Shown here one piece after another: positions 35,134 through 43,306 of a stretch of 53,713 bases of DNA. Location of the stretch: the IMG/VR virus record IMGVR_UViG_3300036852_000233, positions 1 through 53,713 of that record; one strand, 5' to 3'. The stretch's first letter is position 1. Every line of letters begins with the position of its first letter. The notes beneath the pieces are model-generated. The model ran no database searches and was not told where the DNA came from. It saw only the letters and a program-made list of their open reading frames with translations. This stretch comes from a virus. Its lineage: Duplodnaviria > Caudoviricetes. Position numbers and translations under genes: made by a program.

Positions 35134-36278
35134 CAGAACGCCTGGTCCTGGGAGACGAGCCTGATCTGCACCGGAACACCCCCACCGTCGTCGTAGCACT
35201 CAAATCCGATACTCTCCGGAATCAAGTCAGGACCGCCAACCGCGAGGGGGTCAGTCTTGAATTTGACAAATGGGAGCACAAAGGACAAACGGTACGCGCC
35301 GGTGCCGGTGCTGCCGGCCGCGCCGTCGGCGCCGGAGCCGTTGATGCCGTGGGCGAAGTCAAGCTGCAACGACCGGGTCGCATTGGTGGAGAACAGGTCG
35401 TAGAACTCGGTGCGGTTGGTGAACTCGGCGTCCAGCGTGCCGGTGAGGGTGGGGATGCCGTTCTCAAGCTGTTCGCGCTTTATGCCGGCGTTGCCGAACC
35501 CGTACCGCTCGGAGGCGACCGGCCGGGCGGCGGTGAGGGTGAACCCCTTCACCACGTGGCTGACCGAGGCGGTGCCGGTCAGGGTGGTGTAGTTCCCGGT
35601 CCCGGTCCCGGTCCCACCAGTACCCGGCAGCGACCCGGTGCCCGCCTGGGTGCCGGTGCCGACCTGGAACAGGTAGGCGTCCACGAACGAGAAGATCTGC
35701 GACTGATAGGTGGATGCGGCGAACACGGGCTGGGTGATGGACCCGGTGGTGGTGCAGTTCATCCCGTCGGCGGTGAGCTTCAGCTGCGCGAGCGCACCGT
35801 CGGAGCAGGTGAACTCCCAGCCCGAGAACTTGAGGCCGGAGTAGCCGAACCGGATGGACGTGTAGGGGCTTGCGATCTGCGGGCGGCCGACCTCTGCGGT
35901 GAGTGACAGGCCGGCGGTCGTGCCGGGCTGGTGGACCTGCTGCCACGCGGAGGTGGCGCCGAGCTGCTGCGCCCCGGTCGCCGGTGACCCGAGGGCGTAG
36001 TGGAGCAGAAACCCCATGCCCTTCCCACCGGTCGCTGACACGCCCCGGTCGGCGAACTCGAAGACGAGGTCGCCGTTGACGTCGTAGCGGCTGATCGCGG
36101 TCCGCTGGCCACGCTTGAACGCCTGCCCCTGCTTCAACCCGGCCGAGTCGAGGTAGGTCGGGGTGAGCGCCAGCGACTCCGACAGGAACTCATACCAGGC
36201 GGTCGGCACCGCTTCGGTGCCTGGGGTACCTTCGACGCCGAACCCGAGACTGGCGCCAAGCCCGGATGCGTAGGGGAT
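35133..36278 (-). CDS. Major tail tube protein, apparent ATC start
   Basis: PYASGLGASLGFGVE..PGT...EF.SESL; GGAGG-N8-ATC. Confidence 0.82.
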   Translation of the reverse strand: MPYASGLGASLGFGVEGTPGTEAVPTAWYEFLSESLALTPTYLDSAGLKQGQAFKRGQRTAISRYDVNGDLVFEFADRGVSATGGKGMGFLLHYALGSPATGAQQLGATSAWQQVHQPGTTAGLSLTAEVGRPQIASPYTSIRFGYSGLKFSGWEFTCSDGALAQLKLTADGMNCTTTGSITQPVFAASTYQSQIFSFVDAYLFQVGTGTQAGTGSLPGTGGTGTGTGNYTTLTGTASVSHVVKGFTLTAARPVASERYGFGNAGIKREQLENGIPTLTGTLDAEFTNRTEFYDLFSTNATRSLQLDFAHGINGSGADGAAGSTGTGAYRLSFVLPFVKFKTDPLAVGGPDLIPESIGFECYDDGGGVPVQIRLVSQDQAF

Positions 36279-36295
36279 TGGACTCACCTCCGTAC

Positions 36296-36317
36296 TGTCA
36301 CACGCATGGGATACGAT
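36296..36317 (+). promoter_or_regulatory. PafBC/RecA-NDp-type promoter driving cassette B
   Basis: TGTCA-cac-N8-TACGAT. Confidence 0.6.
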
Positions 36318-36323
36318 GATGTT

Positions 36324-36477
36324 GCGCTCGGCGATAACCAAGCTGGGACGCTCTGCCGCAGGACATGCGGTGAACAGCGCGGGCAGTCACTCCGGTGGCG
36401 AGGCATCAAGCCGGTTCCGCGAACCACCCGGAGAGACAACCGGGAACCCTTCGCCCGTAAGCGAAGGGGGATGTCAA
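36324..36477 (+). ncRNA. TnpB omega-RNA-like scaffold B
   Basis: GGTTCCGCGAACCACCCGGA...CAACCGGGAA-hairpin-GGATGTCAA shared with scaffold A. Confidence 0.7.
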
Positions 36478-36638
36478 TCCTTGTCCTTCGCCTTGGCGGC
36501 GGGCTTGTCGGTGACGGGCTGGAAATACTCAGCTGGCAGGTTGGTGCCGTCGGGGACCTCGACGACCTCGTCGGCGTCCACGTCCCGGCCGACCAGCGGG
36601 AAGCTGACGGGACCACCGCTCACGTTGCGTACCTTCAC
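36474..36638 (-). CDS. Small virion-associated protein (54 aa, not in ORF track)
   Basis: MKVRNVSGGPVSFPLVGRDVDADEVVEVPD...; AGGAGG RBS; its TGA is supplied by the cassette end. Confidence 0.7.
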   Translation of the reverse strand: MKVRNVSGGPVSFPLVGRDVDADEVVEVPDGTNLPAEYFQPVTDKPAAKAKDKD

Positions 36639-36646
36639 CTGTCCTC

Positions 36647-37129
36647 CTAGAGGCGTGCTTTGGCGTCGATGCGGAACAGGACCTTCACGAGGACACCCTG
36701 GCTGGTCTGGTCCTGCCGCAGCTCCGACCCGCCGCTGACGGGTTCGCAGAACAGCACCAGCCCGCCGAGCATCGGGTCGGCGCGGATCAGCGTCTCGACC
36801 GCGTGGACGATCCCGTAGGCTTCCAGCCGCAGGGTCCGCACGTCGGTCTCACCACTCCACGCTTCGGCGCAGCAGTGGATGGTGAGGGTTTCGTCGACGG
36901 CCTGCTTGCCGAGCGCCGCCCACGTCTGCTCACTGTTGGCGGAGACCGGCTCGTCCGAGTCAGGGTCGGTCAAGCCCACATACAGGTTCCGCTGCGAGGG
37001 TTCCTGGGTGATCCGGGGCCCGTCGTACACCGCGACGGTGTTGGGGGCCGGCGCTGTGCCGAGCGTCACATCACCCGAGAACAGGCTCACCAAGTAGTCA
37101 AGAACGTCCGGTACTCTGGATGTGCTCAT
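36647..37129 (-). CDS. Tail terminator/completion protein
   Basis: VYDGP, D..LGG; upstream of tail tube. Confidence 0.7.
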   Translation of the reverse strand: MSTSRVPDVLDYLVSLFSGDVTLGTAPAPNTVAVYDGPRITQEPSQRNLYVGLTDPDSDEPVSANSEQTWAALGKQAVDETLTIHCCAEAWSGETDVRTLRLEAYGIVHAVETLIRADPMLGGLVLFCEPVSGGSELRQDQTSQGVLVKVLFRIDAKARL

Positions 37130-37188
37130 GGGCGTGGCACGGCAGGGTTAGGCTCGGCATGGCACGGCTCGGCAGGCATGGCACTCAT
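37126..37188 (-). repeat. Pentanucleotide (GGCNN)n tract encoding a 20-aa bridging mini-ORF
   Basis: ggcgt ggcac ggcag ggtta ggctc ggcat ggcac ggctc ggcag; ATGAG duplicated at both ends. Confidence 0.7.
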
Positions 37189-38027
37189 ACGTACGCCTCG
37201 AGCATGGCCCAGGCGATCAGTTCGACCGCCCGGTTGGGGATCGCATAGCCGAACCCGGGCAGGGTGACCTCCTCCTCCCCACCGATGCTGGGACGGAGCG
37301 ACGGGCCATGCTGGGTCTGCCACAGGTGTTCGAGGACGATCCGTGCGAACTCGTTGAACGACGGTGGGATTGCGGTGCCCCATCCGACGGTGTAGACGAC
37401 GGTGTAGGCGCCACCCCAGCCGAGGAACGGCCAGCCGAGCTTGCGGCGGATGATCCCCGCGTTCGAGTCGATCTCGAGGTCGCTGGTCGACTGCGCGACC
37501 CCGCTGGCGACGTCGGTGATGGAGGTGACCGCCACTAGCGGCCGTTGCCGGACAGCGATGGTGGTGTGCCCGTACGGGCACGGGACCCGTTCGGTCACGC
37601 TGCGGGTAATGATCGGGCCGCCGGTGAGCTTCTCGAGGTTGGCTTGGATGGTGGCGATCTTGCTCTGGATCTCGCTGTCGTAGGTGGTGTTCGTCTGCGG
37701 GATGTTCAGATGGTCCTTGGCGTCCTGCAAGCCGAGGACCGCGACCTCCAGGGGGTCGAACACCTCGAACACGGAGTAGGAGACGCCGGCGTTGGTGCCG
37801 GTCGCGACCCACTTGTACGAGTAGTGGCCGATCAGGTTGATGTCGGCGGTTGGGATGTCCTGGTGGTACAGGCCGGTCCCGTCGTTGGTCGGCGAGGAGT
37901 AGGTCTGGGTGGACGCGTCAGGCTTCTGCACCGTGAGGGCGATCGCGGTCGCGTTGCCAAGCTGGCCGGCAGCGTTCTTGACGGTGGTTGACAGGGTGAT
38001 CGGCGCGCCCTGCGGATACCTGGGCAT
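37185..38027 (-). CDS. Head-tail adaptor with N-terminal beta-rich extension
   Basis: L.DAK.HLNI...D.EI, VVYTVGW...P, IP.RA.EL. Confidence 0.75.
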   Translation of the reverse strand: MPRYPQGAPITLSTTVKNAAGQLGNATAIALTVQKPDASTQTYSSPTNDGTGLYHQDIPTADINLIGHYSYKWVATGTNAGVSYSVFEVFDPLEVAVLGLQDAKDHLNIPQTNTTYDSEIQSKIATIQANLEKLTGGPIITRSVTERVPCPYGHTTIAVRQRPLVAVTSITDVASGVAQSTSDLEIDSNAGIIRRKLGWPFLGWGGAYTVVYTVGWGTAIPPSFNEFARIVLEHLWQTQHGPSLRPSIGGEEEVTLPGFGYAIPNRAVELIAWAMLEAYV

Positions 38028-39782
38028 CTAGCTTGGCCCTCCTGCCGTGTCGGTCGCCGTGAGCGTCGCGGTCATCCCGCCCGTCGTGCTGAGCGCCGCA
38101 GCCGCCTCCGAGGTGGTCAGCGTTGCCGCCGCAGTCGCCACAGTCAGCGTGGCGGTCGCCTGATCCGCTGCGGTGAGAACACCGATCGTGAACGGGATCT
38201 GCGTGGCAGCCGTGAACGTGTCGACGCCGGCGGCCGTCTCAGTCAGCGTGACGAGCACGGCCGCGGCGAGGGTGTCTGCCGCTGCTGCCAGGTCGGCAAG
38301 GGAGACCTGGACTGTGACCGTGAAACTGTCGCTTGCGGTGCCCCCGTCGGCGAGAGTCTTGGGTTGACCGACTGCCACCGAGTCTGTGGCGGCTCCCACG
38401 TCGGCGAGGGGGATTGCCGCCGTGACCGCAAGGCTGTCGGCGGTAGTGCCCTGGTCGATCAGCGGCGTCTGGACGACGACGGCGAGGCTGTCGGTGGCGG
38501 ACCCGGAGTCGAACAGGGGGATCTGCTGGACACCCTGCGCGATGGAGATCGAGTCGGACCCGGTGCCCGAATCGTTGAGGGAGATCTGCGCTGCGACTGT
38601 GAGGGTATCGGCGGCGGCGCCGGCTTCCGCCAGCGGCACCGCGGCACTGACGGTCAGGGAGTCGGCAGCGGTGCCGGTGTCCGCTAGGGGTTTGGGGATC
38701 CCGACGTTGATCGAGTCGGCTGCGGATCCCGTGTCGGCCAGTGGGATCTGCGCGGCGACGGTGACCGAGTCCGACGCGGCGCCGACCTCGCCGAGCGGCA
38801 CGGCGGCAGTGACGGTGAGCGAGTCCGATCCGGTGCCGCTGTCGTTCAGCCCGACCGGGATCGAAACGGCGAGGCTGTCGGTTCCGGCGCCCACATCGGC
38901 CAGCGGGACCGCTGCGGCGACCGTGAGGCTGTCAGCTGCGGTGCCACTGTCCGATAGTGGTGCGGCGACGGTGACTGTGAAACTGTCGCTTGCGGCACCG
39001 GAGTCGTTGAGGGTGATCGCGGTCGCGCCGCCGCCGACCGGGCCGAGGTAGGCGCTGGTGGAGACGCCAATGTCGTCCAGGTAGTAGGTGACGTTGGCGA
39101 TGCCGGTGCCGGTCTGCCCGAACCGGACCCGGTCGATCGTCCCGCCCGTGTTCAGTGCAGTGTTGGTGATCGTCTCCAGCGGGGTGTTCGACTCGGGTGA
39201 GTCGAACAGCTTGCACTCCAACACCCCCGCAGCCGCATCGCCAGTGCAGAACGCCTCCACCCGGACCAGCTGATTGAGCGGGACCGAGTTGCCCATGGTC
39301 GCCACCGTCGACCCAGCCGAGTCGGTGGTGAGCAGCTTCCCCGTCGTGCTGATCTGCACCGACCCACGGACGTTCGAGACGTTGAGCCAACGGAACAGGC
39401 GGGTCTGCGTGCCCGGGTTGGCGGTCAGGTACAGGTAGGCGCGGAGCCACACCGTGCCGGTGGCGCCACCGAGCGCCGTGGACCACATGACGTAGGCTTC
39501 GCCGAGGGTCGCGCCGGTCTGGCACAGCATCCCCAGCGTGCCATGGCCGGGGTGGGCATTGGAGAAGTTCACCGCGCCGTCGCCGGCGCTTACGGTGACC
39601 TGGTCGAACTGGGTGTTCCCGACCCCTCCCGCATTGCTGGTCGAGATGGCGACACCGTTGGTGCCACCCTCAAAGTCGTTGGTGACGGTGACCGCAACAA
39701 GGCCTGCCGCAGGCTTGAGGATCCGTGACCCGCGGCGGATGATCCGGGCTGGGGGCTTGAGATATCCCCGGCGAGGTGGCAT
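38028..39782 (-). CDS. Virion fiber/decoration protein: lectin-like domain plus ~15 repeats of ~18 aa
   Basis: (P/S)LxDxGxxxDSLxV repeats; N-domain similar to part of 27696-30044. Confidence 0.7.
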   Translation of the reverse strand: MPPRRGYLKPPARIIRRGSRILKPAAGLVAVTVTNDFEGGTNGVAISTSNAGGVGNTQFDQVTVSAGDGAVNFSNAHPGHGTLGMLCQTGATLGEAYVMWSTALGGATGTVWLRAYLYLTANPGTQTRLFRWLNVSNVRGSVQISTTGKLLTTDSAGSTVATMGNSVPLNQLVRVEAFCTGDAAAGVLECKLFDSPESNTPLETITNTALNTGGTIDRVRFGQTGTGIANVTYYLDDIGVSTSAYLGPVGGGATAITLNDSGAASDSFTVTVAAPLSDSGTAADSLTVAAAVPLADVGAGTDSLAVSIPVGLNDSGTGSDSLTVTAAVPLGEVGAASDSVTVAAQIPLADTGSAADSINVGIPKPLADTGTAADSLTVSAAVPLAEAGAAADTLTVAAQISLNDSGTGSDSISIAQGVQQIPLFDSGSATDSLAVVVQTPLIDQGTTADSLAVTAAIPLADVGAATDSVAVGQPKTLADGGTASDSFTVTVQVSLADLAAAADTLAAAVLVTLTETAAGVDTFTAATQIPFTIGVLTAADQATATLTVATAAATLTTSEAAAALSTTGGMTATLTATDTAGGPS

Positions 39783-39799
39783 GAGCTACCCCCCGAGGG

Positions 39800-40243
39800 T
39801 CACTGATCAAACGACCAATACACGTCGGCGCTCTGGCCGGTGCCGTTGATCGGCAGCAACGCGAACCCGTTGCCGGTGCCCGACGGGAGGAACAGGCCGC
39901 GCCCACCGAACGTCCAGATGATGCCCGACCCGATCGACGCGCCGATGGACGCGCGGCGGATCTCGCCGGCCACCAGGGTCGGCAGGACGGTGTGTGTATC
40001 GCGAGCGTCGGCTTTGGCGGTGAAGTTGGTGTCGTGCTCCTCGTACACGACTGTCTTGGCTGCGCCTTGGGTGCCAGTCGAGCTGACCCGTTGTAGGGTG
40101 CATTCGAACGCAAGGGCGCTGACATTGGTGATGCCGACCTCGACCAGCCATATCCCGCCAGTTCCCAGGGAGTACAGGCTGGCAAGGGGCAACGTTGCCG
40201 TTCCGGGACCGGTAGCACGGTAGGCGGATGCTGCACGGGCCAC
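39800..40243 (-). CDS. Probable virion protein
   Basis: AGGAGG RBS; beta-rich; structural operon. Confidence 0.6.
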   Translation of the reverse strand: MARAASAYRATGPGTATLPLASLYSLGTGGIWLVEVGITNVSALAFECTLQRVSSTGTQGAAKTVVYEEHDTNFTAKADARDTHTVLPTLVAGEIRRASIGASIGSGIIWTFGGRGLFLPSGTGNGFALLPINGTGQSADVYWSFDQ

Positions 40244-40246
40244 GAC

Positions 40247-40957
40247 TTAGCCTCCTGAAAGGATCGACGGGGCCTCGCGGCCTGGGTTCGTCGGCCGCCC
40301 CGCAATGGCCGGCTTGATCGCCCCGGAGATGACCGGGACCAGCGACAGGATCGTCTCGGTGAACGCGATCTGGGACTGGCCGGCCACCCCATTGGGGCCG
40401 TTCACCCAGAACTGGCAGTTCTGCCCTGAGGCCATCGACCCTGAGCCGCCCTGCCCCGATGCGTCGTCGATGAACAGCGACACCTTCAGCCGCTCCCCAT
40501 CCAGGATGGCCGTGTCGACCACGTTCGCGGCGGTGACCGTGCAGGTCTTGGTTGCCCCACCGGCCGTGTTGGTGAACTCAAGTGCCCCTTGGCTTGGGCC
40601 GGCCGGATCCACGATGGTGGCCAGCTCCAAGCCGTTGGCATCGCAGCGGTACACGCCGATGCAGGGAGCGCAGTTGGCGGTGGCGGAGGTACTTTGACGG
40701 CCCCACAGCGAGGCGACGATCTGCCCCGCGATCGTGACGGGCTGGAGCTGTTCGGAGTACCACGCGATCGCAGTCGTATCGGTACCAGCAGTCGTCGACG
40801 CAGTGATCTCCAGCGGGACGGTCGGACCGGCGACGGTGTTCTTGTTCCGCAACGTCGACGCGGCGCCTGCCGACCCGTTCAGCTTGTGACGGTTCGTCTC
40901 TGTACCCGAGGGGGTCACCCCGGACATGTCAGTGTTGGTGAGGTAGAGGTTACTCAT
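40247..40957 (-). CDS. Probable virion protein
   Basis: Thr/Gly/Ala-rich; structural operon. Confidence 0.6.
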   Translation of the reverse strand: MSNLYLTNTDMSGVTPSGTETNRHKLNGSAGAASTLRNKNTVAGPTVPLEITASTTAGTDTTAIAWYSEQLQPVTIAGQIVASLWGRQSTSATANCAPCIGVYRCDANGLELATIVDPAGPSQGALEFTNTAGGATKTCTVTAANVVDTAILDGERLKVSLFIDDASGQGGSGSMASGQNCQFWVNGPNGVAGQSQIAFTETILSLVPVISGAIKPAIAGRPTNPGREAPSILSGG

Positions 40958-40961
40958 CGGC

Positions 40962-41639
40962 TCATCCCGTCAGGACCTCACCGCCAGGATCCACCGGCAG
41001 CTCCCCGACGGCGCGGTAGACCAGCATCGTGCCCAGCGCCGTGGCTGCCGCACCCAACGTGGCGGTGCACTCGTACTGTCCGGCCGCCCCGGGATACAGC
41101 CGGGAGATCGCCACCGTCGCATCGCCATACGTGACGCTCGACTGCGACAGCTCCTCGCCCTCCACAAAGCCGTTGGTCTGCCCAGAGATTGTGGTCAGAC
41201 TAAACGCCCCATGTACCGCGAAACACGCAATGTCGCTGGCGCTCGTCTGTGGGGTCGTGCCGGTCGAGATGGACGTGACCCCGGTTGCGCCGTGGGTCTG
41301 CCACTGGTCCAGCGGCTCCGTGAAATCAACGCCATTGATCTCGTAGGCAAACCATAGAATGAGGCCCGTCTCGCCAATAGTTTGCACCGTCCATGACGAC
41401 TCATTAGCCGGCACGCCCTTGCGACGCCAGGCATAAAGATCCGAGCTGCCCAGACCAATCGGGACGATATCCTGCTCGAACCCGGCTGGAATCTGCAACT
41501 GACCAGCGAGTCCGTTCGCCCAGGCGATGATCAGGACCGTGCTGCCATCGGTCGTGCCCGAAGGCAGCGTCGCTGTACCGCTGGCCGCCTCGAACGATCC
41601 CTGGTTCTTCTGGAGGATGCTGGCCTCGGACAGCGCCAC
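40962..41639 (-). CDS. Probable virion beta-sandwich protein
   Basis: ATLPSGTT.G..VLI...P.GF...LYAW; resembles C-terminal domain of 27696-30044. Confidence 0.6.
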   Translation of the reverse strand: MALSEASILQKNQGSFEAASGTATLPSGTTDGSTVLIIAWANGLAGQLQIPAGFEQDIVPIGLGSSDLYAWRRKGVPANESSWTVQTIGETGLILWFAYEINGVDFTEPLDQWQTHGATGVTSISTGTTPQTSASDIACFAVHGAFSLTTISGQTNGFVEGEELSQSSVTYGDATVAISRLYPGAAGQYECTATLGAAATALGTMLVYRAVGELPVDPGGEVLTG

Positions 41640-41651
41640 CTTGCCGTGCTC

Positions 41652-41891
41652 CTAGCTGCGGTTGGGGTAGTTGGCGATCGCCCACGCCTCGACCGCCTGC
41701 TCGTCGCACGCCACCCCGGACGGGTCGGCCATGTAGCTGCCGTCGGGGACGATCAGGTTCCCGTACCCGTCGTCCTTGTAGTAGGTGGCGCTGGCGAAGG
41801 TGCCGTTGCAGGAACCGATGATCTTCTCCGGATGCGTACCGGACTGGTCGGTGACGTCGACGATCCACTGCCACGCGGAACCCTTGGGCAT
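41652..41891 (-). CDS. Hypothetical protein
   Basis: AAAGGAG RBS. Confidence 0.6.
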   Translation of the reverse strand: MPKGSAWQWIVDVTDQSGTHPEKIIGSCNGTFASATYYKDDGYGNLIVPDGSYMADPSGVACDEQAVEAWAIANYPNRS

Positions 41892-41910
41892 ACGTGCTCC
41901 TTTGCCGCGA

Positions 41911-42333
41911 TCAGAACAGGCCAGACAGGGTCGTCGAGATGCCGTTGGTGGTGTCGGTCACGGTCACATCCCCGAACACGACCGTCATCGGCGGTGAGCA
42001 GGACGGCTGGAACGTCGCCACCAGGTCGAGCGAGAAGTACGCCTTGCCGTTTTGCACTGGCACCACGGCGCTGGCGGTCACCGATTCCTTGTTGGCGGCC
42101 TGTGGGAAGTTGTCGCCAGGGTTCAGACACGCCGCAGTCGCGGACGCTTCGACGGTGATCTGGGTCTCGTCGCCGAGTCCGGCTTCCTTCCCGCTGACGG
42201 TGAGGGTGTCACCGGTGCGGGTGGCGGTGAGCTGGTCGTCGACGAAGTGGGGCGAGCCAGCGTAGGCCGGCACCACGATTGCGGCCAGCAGCGCGGCAGC
42301 CAGAGCGAGAGTCGTGAGGATGCGGCGGGTCAT
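41911..42333 (-). CDS. Secreted protein with Sec signal peptide
   Basis: MTRRILTTLALAAALLAAIVVPAYA; two Cys; GAGAGG RBS. Confidence 0.7.
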   Translation of the reverse strand: MTRRILTTLALAAALLAAIVVPAYAGSPHFVDDQLTATRTGDTLTVSGKEAGLGDETQITVEASATAACLNPGDNFPQAANKESVTASAVVPVQNGKAYFSLDLVATFQPSCSPPMTVVFGDVTVTDTTNGISTTLSGLF

Positions 42334-42344
42334 GCGGGTCCTCT

Positions 42345-42992
42345 CTATGTGAAGTCGAGGTTGAACGTGGCAGTCCAGGTCTGCCCGCTCACCTTCGTCG
42401 ACTGGTTGGACACGAGCCGGTTGAGCATCGCGCCGACGGTCGCGCCAGTTCCGGTAGTTGTCCCTTGGTCTATACATTCTTCCTGCCAGGCTATATTCGC
42501 GACACCGGTCGCGAACGTCGCGACGAACGACAGGCGCCGCACCGCCGTCCCAGCCGAGGTGGTTGGGGTGGCATCCAGCATCGCGAAATACCGGCCGGCA
42601 GCACCCTGCGCGGCGTTCAGGTCCGTCTGCCCGGATGCGGCCGCCAATGTGCCGGTGCCGACCCCGATCCTGGCGTTCGCGGACGCGTAGGTGGTGCCAC
42701 CACCACCGAAGGCGAGGGTGAGGATCCGGTCCCACCCGCCGGTGGTGACGAGGTTGGAGTACCCCTCGGTCACCAGGTACGGCTGGACGCCGAGCGTGCG
42801 GAAGTCGGCCGCTTTGGGCTGCTGGAACCCCGGCTTGCCGGCCGGCTCCCCGCCGAGCAAGCGGGACACCCAGCTTGACTGGTCCTGGTCCCACCGTTCC
42901 ACCAGCAGCAGCCCCTTGGCCCGACCGGCCTCGTGGAGTTGGGTGCGGACACCGACCCCGAAGGTGTCGGTCCCGAAGCCGACGTCGGTCAT
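42345..42992 (-). CDS. Probable virion protein
   Basis: NLVTTGG...IGVGTG..AA..GQTDL...F..GVAN.AWQE. Confidence 0.7.
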   Translation of the reverse strand: MTDVGFGTDTFGVGVRTQLHEAGRAKGLLLVERWDQDQSSWVSRLLGGEPAGKPGFQQPKAADFRTLGVQPYLVTEGYSNLVTTGGWDRILTLAFGGGGTTYASANARIGVGTGTLAAASGQTDLNAAQGAAGRYFAMLDATPTTSAGTAVRRLSFVATFATGVANIAWQEECIDQGTTTGTGATVGAMLNRLVSNQSTKVSGQTWTATFNLDFT

Positions 42993-43306
42993 GGCTGGCC
43001 GGCCTTGGTGTCGATCTCCTGCTGGAGCCTGCTTGCCGACCAGCGACCATCCACCTTGACGCCGAGCCGCTCAGCCTGGCCCCGGAGACGCTCGAGCTCC
43101 GAGGCCGGCACCTCGGTCGGGCCTGACGCAGCCGCTGCCGCTGCTGGCGGCTCGTCGATCTCCACGACGACGGGACGGACATGCCCGGGTGGCAGATCGT
43201 CCAGGGCCGGGTCGTCCTGGTCGAACTGGGCACCGGGTTGGTAGACCACGGTCCCGTCCGGATCACTGACCGGCTGGGTCAGCTCCATCTTCACCTTGCG
43301 TGCCAC
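42989..43306 (-). CDS. Small head-associated protein
   Basis: LR.QAE.LGVKVDGRWS..RL; GAGGAGG RBS. Confidence 0.65.
   Translation of the reverse strand: MARKVKMELTQPVSDPDGTVVYQPGAQFDQDDPALDDLPPGHVRPVVVEIDEPPAAAAAASGPTEVPASELERLRGQAERLGVKVDGRWSASRLQQEIDTKAGQP

Noticed and set aside
38200-39020. Regularly spaced repeats as a CRISPR array
   Set aside because: They are degenerate in-frame protein repeats with no constant repeat/unique spacer structure
41911-43266. 451-aa ORF as a single gene
   Set aside because: The upstream part overlaps two better-supported genes in other frames; the real start is ATG 42333 with RBS and signal peptide
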